A stretch of DNA of 64,000 bases. It comes from Corallococcus caeni (GTDB lineage Bacteria > Myxococcota > Myxococcia > Myxococcales > Myxococcaceae). Within the stretch, counting starts at the first letter, position 1; each line of letters starts with the position of its first letter. Made by a program: the position numbers and the translations under genes. Shown here piece after piece: positions 18,836 through 27,906 of this stretch. The notes beneath the pieces were generated by a model. The model made no database searches, was not told the origin of the DNA, and saw only the letters and a program-made list of their open reading frames with translations. The stretch is from positions 224,396 to 288,395 of the forward strand of contig NZ_BTTW01000008.1 in the NCBI RefSeq assembly GCF_036245865.1, given 5' to 3'.

Positions 18836-19666
18836 CTAGAGGGTGTCGGTGAAGTAGGTGGTGGCCGCGTCGGGCTGGACCTGGTCGCCGTCCGTCACAG
18901 CCCAGATGACCTTGCGCGCTTCCAGCTTCAGCGCGGCTTGCGCGTCCATGCGGCACTCCACCGTCTGGACCTTCTCCTGGACGGCGCGCTTGGCCTCGTC
19001 GGAGCGCTCGCACAGCTTCTGGAGCGTCTCCAGCGGGCGCGCGCAGTAGCTGCCGTAGGAGATGTCATTGAGCTGCTTGTCCGTGACGGAGTCCCAGGCC
19101 ACGGTGGATGTCAGCTTGGAGCCGCACGCCTTGTTCGTCTCGGCGAGCGCCTCACCCAGCTGCGCCTCCGCCTGGTTCGTCCAGAACTTGCGGTCGAACG
19201 CGAGCAGCGCCTGGTACTTCTTGTCGCCCTCCAGGTCCTGGTAGCGCTCGAAGACCTTTTCCACCTTGAGCGCGCCCGTCTTCCCCGTGTCCGGCTTCAG
19301 GTGCGTGTAGCCCGTGTGGTTCACGTCGCTGAAGACGAGGTCCTCGTAGCCGCCCCGGTCCTCCACGGAGACGAAGCGCTGGCTGTGGCCGCGCCACTTC
19401 GTCCAGTACTCCGTCCGGCGCCGCTCCTCGCCCACCGACGCGACTAGCACCTGGCCGTCCAGCTCGCTCTTCGTGCCTTCGAACATCACCAGCGCCTTGT
19501 GCGCGTCACCGGGCTCCAGCCCGATGAGGGTGATCTTCTCGCCGGCCTCGTTGGAATACACCTTGCCGGTGACGGGCTTCGTGCCCGCCACGGCGCTGTC
19601 GGGCCGCACGCCCCGGGAACACCCCAGGGACAGCGCCACGACCCCCACTGCAAGTAGGACTCTCAC
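18836..19666 (-). CDS. Lipoprotein, hypothetical
   Basis: Lipobox MRVLLAVGVVALSLGCS. Confidence 0.6.
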   Translation of the reverse strand: MRVLLAVGVVALSLGCSRGVRPDSAVAGTKPVTGKVYSNEAGEKITLIGLEPGDAHKALVMFEGTKSELDGQVLVASVGEERRRTEYWTKWRGHSQRFVSVEDRGGYEDLVFSDVNHTGYTHLKPDTGKTGALKVEKVFERYQDLEGDKKYQALLAFDRKFWTNQAEAQLGEALAETNKACGSKLTSTVAWDSVTDKQLNDISYGSYCARPLETLQKLCERSDEAKRAVQEKVQTVECRMDAQAALKLEARKVIWAVTDGDQVQPDAATTYFTDTL

Positions 19667-19726
19667 GACGACTCCTTGAATTGAGGGCGCGCCCCCGCTC
19701 TGGAGCTTCCGCGCGCCCGGACGACC

Positions 19727-21382
19727 CTAGAGGTCGATATCGTACTGCGAACAGTATTGTCGGACCCTTGGACGTTCCGTTGCCGGGACCCGGGTCCATT
19801 GCGCCCGCGCATTCGCCAGGTCGTGCTGATGGCAGTACACGCGGGTGAGCAGCGAGAACGACAGGCCGGTAATCTTCGTGCGCTGGCTGCGCCGGATGTG
19901 ACGCAACGCTTCCGACGAGTTCGACGCGTCCAGCGCCTTCTGCGCGGACGCCAGGTCCTCGCGCACGCTGTCCGGCATCGACTCCGGGACGCCGCCACCG
20001 CGCGGCGCCTTCGCCCGGGTCGTGACGGCGGGCGGGTCCGTGGGCTCCACGGCCGGCCGCTTCTCCTCGGGAGCCGTCGGCTGCGGCGGCTGGGCAGCCG
20101 GTTCCACCACGGGCGGCTTCTGCTCCACGGGCGGCGTCACGGCCGCGACGGGCGCCGCCGCGACGGGGGCCGTGGGCGCCGGCGGATTCGCCGCGACGAG
20201 GGTGGGCGGGGGCGTGGCCGCGCCCTTCCAGAAGAAGGCGACGGCGAACGCGATGATGACCGCCAGGCCCACGGCCACGGCCACCGGCCACTTCGGGCGG
20301 GGGCGGGACAGGGGCTGCGCGGGCAGGGAGGCGGTCTGTGGCCCGGTGGGGGAGGCCTCGTGGCCGGCGTGGGGGCGCATGCCCACCGTGGGGATGTGCT
20401 CCTCCTGATCCGGCGGGCGCGACGCGGGCGGCGGGGACGTGGGGGCGGAGGGGCGCGTGCGCTCGTGCTTCGCCTCCGCGAGCGTCTGGAGCGGGCTGCC
20501 CGTCAGCTCCAGGATGAAGCTGCCCACGTCCGGGTAGCGGTCCTCCGGCTTCTTCGCCATCGCGCGGGTGATGGCCGCCACCACGTGCGGCGGCGTGCCC
20601 GGTGCCAGCGAAAGGAGCGGCGGCGGCTCCAGGTGGACGATTTGATAGATGAGTTCCGCGATGTTGTCGCCGGAGTAGGGCGGCCGTCCGGCGAGCATCT
20701 CGTAGACGATGCAGCCGAACGCGAACAGGTCCGTGCGCGCGTCCACGTTGCTGTTCTGGCCCATGGCCTGCTCAGGGGCCATGTACTGCGGCGTCCCCAT
20801 CAGCACCGAGTCCAGCGTCTGCACGGTGCGAGAGTCCACGAGCTTGGAGATGCCGAAGTCGAGCAGCTTCACGCGCTCGCCCACGACGCCGCCGGCCTCC
20901 GTGGGCACGAGGAACACGTTGCCCGGCTTCAGGTCGCGGTGCACCACGCCCGCGCGGTGCGCCGCCTGCAACGCCGCGCCCATCTGCCGCGCGATGGAGA
21001 GGACCTCCTCCAGCGGCAACTGCTTCTGCTTGCGCAGCCGGCGCGACAGGCCCTCGCCGCGCAGGTACTCCATCACCATGAAGGGCGTGCCGTCCTCCAG
21101 GGTGTCGAAGTCCAGCACCTCCACGATGTTCGGGTGCCCCAGCCGGGAGGCGATCTCCGCCTCGCGCCGGAAGCGCACCGCCACCTCTTCCGACAGCGCC
21201 TCCGCGCCGTGCAGCACCTTGATGGCGACCTGCTTGCCCGGCAGACGCAGGTGGCGGGCCAGGAACACCGCCCCCATGCCGCCCTTGCCCAGCACGGTGC
21301 CAATCTCATACGTGGCACGCAGGATCCGTCCCGTCGTCAACGGCTCGGACTGCACGGAGGTCGGTTCGGTGGGCTTTTGCAT
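19727..21382 (-). CDS. Ser/Thr protein kinase (Hanks-type) with Pro-rich linker, transmembrane segment and extracytoplasmic C-terminal domain
   Basis: GTVLGKGGMGAVFLARH ... AIKVL ... HRDLKPGNVFL ... DFGISKL ... APE. A transmembrane segment follows (WPVAVAVGLAVIIAFAVAFFW), then a C-terminal domain. Confidence 0.9.
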   Translation of the reverse strand: MQKPTEPTSVQSEPLTTGRILRATYEIGTVLGKGGMGAVFLARHLRLPGKQVAIKVLHGAEALSEEVAVRFRREAEIASRLGHPNIVEVLDFDTLEDGTPFMVMEYLRGEGLSRRLRKQKQLPLEEVLSIARQMGAALQAAHRAGVVHRDLKPGNVFLVPTEAGGVVGERVKLLDFGISKLVDSRTVQTLDSVLMGTPQYMAPEQAMGQNSNVDARTDLFAFGCIVYEMLAGRPPYSGDNIAELIYQIVHLEPPPLLSLAPGTPPHVVAAITRAMAKKPEDRYPDVGSFILELTGSPLQTLAEAKHERTRPSAPTSPPPASRPPDQEEHIPTVGMRPHAGHEASPTGPQTASLPAQPLSRPRPKWPVAVAVGLAVIIAFAVAFFWKGAATPPPTLVAANPPAPTAPVAAAPVAAVTPPVEQKPPVVEPAAQPPQPTAPEEKRPAVEPTDPPAVTTRAKAPRGGGVPESMPDSVREDLASAQKALDASNSSEALRHIRRSQRTKITGLSFSLLTRVYCHQHDLANARAQWTRVPATERPRVRQYCSQYDIDL

Positions 21383-21465
21383 CGGCGGTCCGATTTCCTA
21401 CTAAACCGGGCCGACACGATTGGAAAGCACCTGGGTCGAATCCTCCCCCACGGGTCATGCGCAGA

Positions 21466-21498
21466 GGCTCGGGCTCTCATGTTTTGAGAGCCCGAGCC
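21466..21498 (-). terminator. Perfect 14-bp stem hairpin between DUF4142 gene stop and kinase start
   Basis: GGCTCGGGCTCTCA tgttt TGAGAGCCCGAGCC. The U-tract is weak on either strand, which is common in high-GC taxa. Confidence 0.5.
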
Positions 21499-21523
21499 GA
21501 TTTCCAACCAGGGGTGGAGCGCG

Positions 21524-22156
21524 CTACGGCGTCGCGGGGGGCAGCACCAGTCCGGACTGGAGGTTCGTCGCCTCATCGAGGTGCGTCTGCACCGCCTGCC
21601 GCTCGGTGAGCAGCTCCTGCTGGAGGGCCGGGTTGGTGACCTGCGTCGTCAGCAGGCTGTCGCCGATGAAGGCGACGCGCGCGTGCGCGGCGGCCTGCGC
21701 GCTGATCAGCGCCAGGTCGCGCGCGGTGCCCGCGGGCGGCGCGTTCGGGCCGCTGAGCACCTCCATCATCTGCTGGACCTCCTGCTGCAACTGGAGGCTC
21801 AGCGCGGAGTCCTCGGGCACGATGCCCTCGGTCGCGAGCAGCGCATCCAGCCGTTGTTTGACGGCGGTGTGCTCCGTCTCCATCTTCTGGTTGAAGGCCT
21901 GGATGGCCGGGTCCGTGGAGAGCGGCGCGGCGTACTGGCCGAGCATCACCTCACCGGCGTTCGCCACCTGCAGGACGCGGGCGATCTGCGCGTCGGTGAG
22001 CGTGAGCAGCACGCCCGCGTCGGTCCCCGCGTCCGGGTTCTGCTGCGTTGCCTCCTGCGGGGTGGGGTTCTGCGAGTTGCTCCCGCACCCGTAGCCAAGC
22101 GCCAGCGCGCCCGCCAGCCCCGTCCCCACCCAGAATTTCGCTGTCCGCATGTTCAA
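21524..22156 (-). CDS. DUF4142-family lipoprotein
   Basis: Lipobox LALGYGCGS. The helical domain carries paired motifs (LTDAQIARVLQVANAGEVMLGQYA ... DLALISAQAAAHARVAF) typical of DUF4142. Confidence 0.6.
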   Translation of the reverse strand: MNMRTAKFWVGTGLAGALALGYGCGSNSQNPTPQEATQQNPDAGTDAGVLLTLTDAQIARVLQVANAGEVMLGQYAAPLSTDPAIQAFNQKMETEHTAVKQRLDALLATEGIVPEDSALSLQLQQEVQQMMEVLSGPNAPPAGTARDLALISAQAAAHARVAFIGDSLLTTQVTNPALQQELLTERQAVQTHLDEATNLQSGLVLPPATP

Positions 22157-22442
22157 ACCCCCGTGAATGTCGCGGGGGCAGGATGGGGAGGACCTCCGTT
22201 CACGGCCATGCGCGACTCAGCCGTTGCCACTGTGCCCGGCTGCACAGGCCGGGCAGGCAGGAGGCTAGGTAACGCCAGTCCTGACGCTCCGGAATGACTC
22301 ACGGCGTGTTTCACCGTTCCGCGTCATGACGCAGGAGGTGGGGTGTGGGGTGGAGACTGGATCTTTCTCATACATTGACAAAGGCATTGCGCCCCCGCGC
22401 ATCGTTGACAGTGAAACACCCGATGGTGTTTCGTGTTTCAAG

Positions 22443-23525
22443 ATGAACGGTTCACGGCGCGTCACTGTTCTCTCCCTGCACCGGGGTTCCGCGAGCATCG
22501 TTCGCGCCCTCGTGCCCCACTTCGATCTGCCTCCGGCGGAGCTCGCCGCGCGGCTGTTCCGCGCCCCCGCCGTGCTGGCGGGAGGGCTGCCCGAGGAGCT
22601 CGCCAGCAGCCTGTCGGAGGTGTTGGGCAACGCGGGCCTGCGCGTGGTCGTGGAGCCGGATGACGCGCCCCTTCCTCCACCCGCCGCGCGGACCTACGAC
22701 GTGGCGCTGTACCTGCGGGACGGCGGGCGCTTCCGCGACGTCTGCACGGAGCTGGCCGCCGTCCTGGGGTGTCCCCTGACGGACGCCGCCGCGGCGCTCT
22801 GCGCCACGCCTCCCACGGTGCTCGGCTCCGTCTCCCAGGCCACCGTGGACGCGCTCCAGGAGCGCTTCTCTCCGCTGGGCGCTGAGGTGGACGCCAGCCA
22901 CCCGCCCACGGCCCTCTATGACGTCTTCTCCACGGACACGGCCAGCCTCTCGGTGATCCGCCCGGTGCTGGAGTCGCAGGGCGTGACTCCGGCGGCGGTC
23001 CCCCTGGTGGCCCGGGACCTGTCGCACGAACAGGCGGAGCGCGTGTGGAGGGAGCTGGGCCCGCGGGGTGGGGTGCGGCTGTTGGACCATGCCTTCCAGC
23101 GGTTCGACGTGAGCCTCCTCGAGGCCCCCGCGGACGCTGGCTTCACGGAGCTGCTGGTGCGTGAGACGGGCATGCCGCTGGCGCTGGTGCCCAAGGTGCT
23201 CAAGCGTCTGCCGGTGGTGCTGCACACGGGGCTGTCGCGCGCGGACGTGGTGGCGCGCACCGCCCCGCTGGAGGCCGCGGGCGCGAAGCTGGCCGTGCAG
23301 CTCATCAACTTCCGCAGCTTCCGCCTGACGGTGGAGGACTCGAAGGACCCCGCCGGGGCCGCGGAGCTGCTGTCCACGGCGCTGGGCCTGCCCGCCAACG
23401 AGACGCGCACCGCGCTCTCCCGGCTGCCGCACACCTTCCATCCCGCGGTGGGGGACACGCGCGCGCGCTGGCTCGTCGCGGAGCTGCGGGCGCGTGGCAC
23501 GCGGACCTCCCTGGTGTCGCATTGA
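22443..23525 (+). CDS. Protein built from about five tandem ribosomal L7/L12 C-terminal-domain-like repeats; first gene of the candidate operon
   Basis: Repeats of LxxxLGxPxxxAxxLxxxxPxxVxxxVSxxxAxxLxxxLxxxGAxV(x)L (for example TELLVRETGMPLALVPKVLKRLPVVLHTGLSRADVVARTAPLEAAGAKLAVQL). The region 22326-22442 is lower GC and holds two TTGACA boxes and inverted repeats, so the start is placed at MNGSRRV (22443). The alternative start is 22326. Confidence 0.5.
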   Translation: MNGSRRVTVLSLHRGSASIVRALVPHFDLPPAELAARLFRAPAVLAGGLPEELASSLSEVLGNAGLRVVVEPDDAPLPPPAARTYDVALYLRDGGRFRDVCTELAAVLGCPLTDAAAALCATPPTVLGSVSQATVDALQERFSPLGAEVDASHPPTALYDVFSTDTASLSVIRPVLESQGVTPAAVPLVARDLSHEQAERVWRELGPRGGVRLLDHAFQRFDVSLLEAPADAGFTELLVRETGMPLALVPKVLKRLPVVLHTGLSRADVVARTAPLEAAGAKLAVQLINFRSFRLTVEDSKDPAGAAELLSTALGLPANETRTALSRLPHTFHPAVGDTRARWLVAELRARGTRTSLVSH

Positions 23526-24070
23526 GCGTCCCGGCGCTGCACTTCCGCGTGGCCGAACAGGGCAAGGTGTTCGCGCTGGCCGGCCGGCATGACGAGGCGC
23601 TGCGCCACTACCGCGAAGCGCTGCGGCTGGCCGCGCTCCAGGGCGGCTCCGACGTCTGCCAGCGTCACTATGCGTGGTGCGTGCTCGAGTCGCTGGAGCG
23701 CTCGGGGGCCCACGAGGCCGTCATCTCCTTCTGCCTGCGCGTGGAGGCCCACTACCAGCAACAGCCTCCCACGAGCGAGCTGGCCCTCCAGGACCTGGCC
23801 GCGCACCACGAGCGGCACGGGCTGGCGCTGGCGAAGCTGGGGCGCCTGTCCGAGGCGCGCACCCGGCTGGAGTCCGCGGTGGCGCTGGCTGGCGCGGGGC
23901 GCCTCCCGCTGTCGGAGCGGGTGCTGGGGTGGACGCGCGCCGGGCTGCACGTGGACGCGCGCCGCATCACGCTGGAGCAGGACCGTCACGCCTACTGGGT
24001 CGTCCGGCCCGACACCGTTCGTCCCGACGTCGCTGTCGCACTTCCTCCCGTTGCCTCACCACTGGGGTAG
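23522..24070 (+). CDS. TPR-like helical repeat protein
   Basis: EALRHYREALRLAALQGG ... LGRLSEARTRLESAVALA. The TTG start overlaps the upstream stop (ATTGA), suggesting translational coupling. Confidence 0.5.
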   Translation: MSVPALHFRVAEQGKVFALAGRHDEALRHYREALRLAALQGGSDVCQRHYAWCVLESLERSGAHEAVISFCLRVEAHYQQQPPTSELALQDLAAHHERHGLALAKLGRLSEARTRLESAVALAGAGRLPLSERVLGWTRAGLHVDARRITLEQDRHAYWVVRPDTVRPDVAVALPPVASPLG

Positions 24071-24073
24071 ACC

Positions 24074-26170
24074 ATGCCGAAAGCAGGGAAGATCCTCGCG
24101 GATCTCAACATCTCCGACTTCATCCGGGACATGGGGCTCGCCATCGCCGAGGCCCAGGCCAAGCTGGACACCAACAGCGTGGATCAGACGCTGCGCATGG
24201 GGCAGACCGTCCTGCCGGGCATGACGCAGAACCTGCTGTCGCTGGGGCTGCGGCCGGCCTTCTACCACTTCCAGTACGCCGACCTGGAGGTGAACCTCAA
24301 CGTCTACTACTCGACCACCGTCGACGTGGGCGTCAACTTCAACTACGACAACGAGAACGAGTCGAGCGAGTACAGCCTCGAGACGTCCTCCGCCAGCGGC
24401 AGCGCCACCATCACGGTGCAGGACGGTGAAGGCATTCCGCCCTACGCCTGTCTGGCATTGGTCGCCAACGCGCCGGGCCACCTCACGGTGGGCACCACCA
24501 GCTACGCGCTGGACGGCGGCGTGGGCCCCAACAGCACCGGCCTGCCCGTCGCCCGTCAGGACACGCTGTGGGAGACGGCGCAGGAGCTGCTCGTGGCCCT
24601 GCGCAACAACTCCGTCTGGACCAACCAGGCCACGGGGGACCTGCAGGGCATCTTCATGGACTGGGAGATGCAGTCGGGCGTCACCGCCAGCACCAACCGC
24701 CCCGACCTCTACGCCATCAACCGCTCCGTCATCACCGTGCGCACCTCGCCGCAGGCGGCGCCCGGCGACAACCTGGTGATCGCGCGGCTGGGCAGCGTGA
24801 CGCCCGCGCCCGCGCTGCTGCTGCCGGCCACCAACGGCACGCGCTACACCAGCGCCGCGGCGACGGTGGGCGCGGCGCTGGCGGACATCGGCCAGCAGGT
24901 GGACCCGGCGGCCTTCGTCGTCGTGTCGGGCGGTGACTGCAACCGGGCCATCTACTTCGACACCGACATCCACGACGTGCCCACCACCACCTACGGCACG
25001 GACCGCGAGCCCTCCGCCGTCCTCGACGCGGTGGCGGCGCTCCTGGCGGAGCACCCGTCCGCCTCGCTGACGCTGGAGGGCTGGGCGGACCAGCGCTCCC
25101 CGCCGGCCCCCGGCTACAACCAGCGGCTGTCCCAGAAGCGCGCTGACTTCGTCCTGCGTGCGCTGACGTCGCGGGGCGTGGCGGCCAGCAGGCTCACGGC
25201 CCGGGGCATGGGCGCGACGGTCAGCTTCAGCAGCTCGGACCTGGCGGCCAACCGGCGCGTCGTCTTCCAGTTCTCCGGCGTGCCCGCGGCGCTGGTGGCC
25301 CGCACCGTCGCGGCCACGGCCGCCTTCGACCCCACGGGGACGGACCGGGAGGCCCGCATCGTCCCGCGCACGCGCGCCCCGGCGAACGCGCCCACCACGG
25401 CCGTCGTCACCTTCCGCGGCACGGACTTCACGCAAGGCACCGCCTCCCAGGGCACCACCTTCGCGGTGGGCGCCACCGCCGAGTCCACCGCCGCCAACCT
25501 GGCCCGCGCCATCCGCGACGCCAACGCCAACACCGCCTTCGGCGCCTTCGCGCGCGGGGACCGCGTCTACCTGTACGGCACCGGCGACCACGCCCTGTTC
25601 ACCCTGTTCGCGCGCACGCCCACCGCGCCGGCCCTGTCCGCCGCGGGCTCCATCCGCGTGGCCCGCCGCTTCGGCGACGGCCGCCCACCGGCCACGCCCC
25701 AGCCGCGCGACACCCTCGTCATCGACAACGTGCAGCTGGTGGCCGTGGAGGCCGGCGTCGCCCCGCAGCCAGGGCAGTTCACGCTGGGGGTGACGGGCGC
25801 GGACACGGCCCGCAACCTGGCCGCCGCCATCACGGCGGGCTCCAGCTCCGGCCTGCTGGCCGCGGGCCTCCAGGCCCAGTCCGCGGGCAACATCGTCACC
25901 GTCTCCGGCCCCTCCGGCACCATGCTGGGCACCAGCAACCCCGCCGCCTTCCTGCTGTCGGGGACGCGCATCGGCGGCAGGCCGTCCGCGGACCGCGAGG
26001 AGAGCTCCGAGCGCGAGCTTCGCGCCCTCAACGTGGATGCGCACCTGGCGGTGAAGTACGAGCTGAGCGTGTCCGGCAGCTCCACCATCAAGGCCCGCCT
26101 CGTGGCCGTGCCCGCGCCGCCCCAGTTCCTCCAGGCCATCGGCGACTACCTCGAGCGCTGGTACCCGTAA
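24074..26170 (+). CDS. Paralog A (698 aa) of a novel small-protein family, with an OmpA-like peptidoglycan-binding domain and a large Ala/Gly/Thr-rich region inserted between the family core and the family C-terminal strand
   Basis: Family N-terminal block (LADLNISDFIRDMGLAIAEAQAKLDTNSVDQ ... LLSLGLRPAFYHFQYADLEVNLNVYYSTT). Mid-region OmpA-like motif (LTLEGWADQRSPPAPGYNQRLSQKRADFVLRALTSRGVAASRLTARGMG). The extreme C-terminus carries the family strand (HLAVKYELSVSGSSTIKARLVAVPAPPQFLQ). No signal peptide. Confidence 0.75.
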   Translation: MPKAGKILADLNISDFIRDMGLAIAEAQAKLDTNSVDQTLRMGQTVLPGMTQNLLSLGLRPAFYHFQYADLEVNLNVYYSTTVDVGVNFNYDNENESSEYSLETSSASGSATITVQDGEGIPPYACLALVANAPGHLTVGTTSYALDGGVGPNSTGLPVARQDTLWETAQELLVALRNNSVWTNQATGDLQGIFMDWEMQSGVTASTNRPDLYAINRSVITVRTSPQAAPGDNLVIARLGSVTPAPALLLPATNGTRYTSAAATVGAALADIGQQVDPAAFVVVSGGDCNRAIYFDTDIHDVPTTTYGTDREPSAVLDAVAALLAEHPSASLTLEGWADQRSPPAPGYNQRLSQKRADFVLRALTSRGVAASRLTARGMGATVSFSSSDLAANRRVVFQFSGVPAALVARTVAATAAFDPTGTDREARIVPRTRAPANAPTTAVVTFRGTDFTQGTASQGTTFAVGATAESTAANLARAIRDANANTAFGAFARGDRVYLYGTGDHALFTLFARTPTAPALSAAGSIRVARRFGDGRPPATPQPRDTLVIDNVQLVAVEAGVAPQPGQFTLGVTGADTARNLAAAITAGSSSGLLAAGLQAQSAGNIVTVSGPSGTMLGTSNPAAFLLSGTRIGGRPSADREESSERELRALNVDAHLAVKYELSVSGSSTIKARLVAVPAPPQFLQAIGDYLERWYP

Positions 26171-26179
26171 GGATCCTCC

Positions 26180-26683
26180 ATGCCCGGAAACAACACCACG
26201 CAGGGCCAGCGCGCGATGATGACGGTGCTGGACGCGCCGCTGCCGGAGCTCATCGAGAGGCTCGGGCGCGCGGTGGCGGACGCGCAGCACGCGCTGGACG
26301 TCAACTCGCTCGACATCGCGAAGCGCATGTCCGAGCGCACCGTGGACCTGGGCGACGGGCAGCTGTGGAGCCTGCTCGCGCTCGGCTTCACGCCCACGTT
26401 CTACGCCTTCGCCGAGGCCACGTTGGAGGCGAAGCTCACCTTCACCATCCGCGAGTCCACGGAGTTCTCCGTGGGCGGCGGCGCGACGGGCGGCATGGCC
26501 GGCATCTTCTCCGTGACGGTGAACGCCGAGTACAGCCGCAAGTACGGCTTCGAGGTGCAGGGCGCCAGCTCCATCGCCGCGCGGCTGGTGTCGCTGCCCC
26601 CGCCTGCCCGCCTGCACCAGCTGCTCAACGAGCTCGCCGCCCAGCCGCCCGCCCCCGCGGCCTCCACCAACACTTCCGCCTGA
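26180..26683 (+). CDS. Paralog B (167 aa) of the novel family (minimal core form)
   Basis: VLDAPLPELIERLGRAVADAQHALDVNSLD ... LLALGFTPTFYAFAEATLEAKLTFTIREST ... YSRKYGFEVQGASSIAARLVSLPPPARL. Confidence 0.75.
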   Translation: MPGNNTTQGQRAMMTVLDAPLPELIERLGRAVADAQHALDVNSLDIAKRMSERTVDLGDGQLWSLLALGFTPTFYAFAEATLEAKLTFTIRESTEFSVGGGATGGMAGIFSVTVNAEYSRKYGFEVQGASSIAARLVSLPPPARLHQLLNELAAQPPAPAASTNTSA

Positions 26684-26705
26684 AGCGCGCAAGGACCCAG
26701 ACACC

Positions 26706-27278
26706 ATGCCCAACGTCGGTCAGGAACTGCTGAACGTCCCCATGGGGGACATGATTCGTGAGATGGCGACCGCCATCGCCGAGGCGCAGCTTGAGCTGGA
26801 CAAGAGCGGGATGCTCGTCGCGGAGATGATGAGCGGCGAGGCGCTGCTGCGGGACGCGGACGGGAACATCCAACTGGACGGCTCCGGCAAGCCCATCCGC
26901 GTGGACACCAAGGTGTCCTTCGCGGGCACGCCCTCGTCCATGATGGAGCTGGGGTTCGCGCCGAACTTCTACCAGTTCGTGGACACCATCATCGAGGTGA
27001 AGATCGCCATCAAGATGACGGAGAGCGTGGAGAGCAAGGTGGCGACGCAGACCACGCGCCAGACGGCCGGCGGGCTGCGCCTCTTCAAGCGCGGCGGCGC
27101 GCCCCAGGCCGTGGTGACGACGGTGGATGCCAGCTACACGCGCAAGTACGACTACAGCGTGGAGGGCTCCAGCCTGCTGCGCACGAAGCTGGTGCCCGTG
27201 CCTCCTCCGGCCCTCTTCGAGGAGCGGGTGCGCGCGCTCATCGCGGCCAGGGCCGGCACCGTCACCCCCACGAAGTAG
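26706..27278 (+). CDS. Paralog C (190 aa) of the novel family
   Basis: LLNVPMGDMIREMATAIAEAQLELDKSGM ... ELGFAPNFYQFVDTIIEVKIAIKMTES ... YTRKYDYSVEGSSLLRTKLVPVPPPALFEE. Confidence 0.75.
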   Translation: MPNVGQELLNVPMGDMIREMATAIAEAQLELDKSGMLVAEMMSGEALLRDADGNIQLDGSGKPIRVDTKVSFAGTPSSMMELGFAPNFYQFVDTIIEVKIAIKMTESVESKVATQTTRQTAGGLRLFKRGGAPQAVVTTVDASYTRKYDYSVEGSSLLRTKLVPVPPPALFEERVRALIAARAGTVTPTK

Positions 27279-27296
27279 CTCCGGAAAGCGCGCACC

Positions 27297-27887
27297 ATGT
27301 CCACCAACTCCATTGGTCAGGATCTGCTCAACGTCCCCTTCGGGGAGATGGTCCGCAACCTGGGCAACGCCATCGCGGATGCCCAGTACGCGCTGGACAG
27401 CTCGTCGCTGAAGATCGCCCAGCTCATGGCGGGCTACCGCATCGACGACAGCGGCAACGCCGTGCGGGACGGGGCCGGCTTCGTGAAGCTGGGGACCACC
27501 GAGTACCCGCTGCTGCTGCTCGGCTTCACGCCCACGTTCTACCAGTTCGTGGAGACCATCATCGAAGTGAAGATGGAGATCTCCATGCACGAGTCCACCG
27601 ACGACTCGACCCAGACGCGGGACCGCAAGGTGGACCGCGACAAGGGTATCCTCACCACGCTGGTGAAGGGCCACAAGAGCCACGTCACCACGGTCACGGC
27701 CAAGCACTCGCAGAAGTACAGTTACTCCGCCGAGGGCTCCAGCCTCATCCGCACCAAGCTGGTGCCCATCCCTCCACCGGCGGCGCTCCAGCAGATCTGC
27801 GCGGAGATCGCCAAGGGCCTCAAGGGCACCGCGGAAGGCCAGGCCGTCAGCGGGAAGATCGACACCGCCGTGGGCAACGTCACCTGA
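27297..27887 (+). CDS. Paralog D (196 aa) of the novel family
   Basis: LLNVPFGEMVRNLGNAIADAQYALDSSSL ... LLLGFTPTFYQFVETIIEVKMEISMHES ... HSQKYSYSAEGSSLIRTKLVPIPPPAALQQ. Confidence 0.75.
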   Translation: MSTNSIGQDLLNVPFGEMVRNLGNAIADAQYALDSSSLKIAQLMAGYRIDDSGNAVRDGAGFVKLGTTEYPLLLLGFTPTFYQFVETIIEVKMEISMHESTDDSTQTRDRKVDRDKGILTTLVKGHKSHVTTVTAKHSQKYSYSAEGSSLIRTKLVPIPPPAALQQICAEIAKGLKGTAEGQAVSGKIDTAVGNVT

Positions 27888-27906
27888 CGGAAGAGGGTCG
27901 CCGCGC

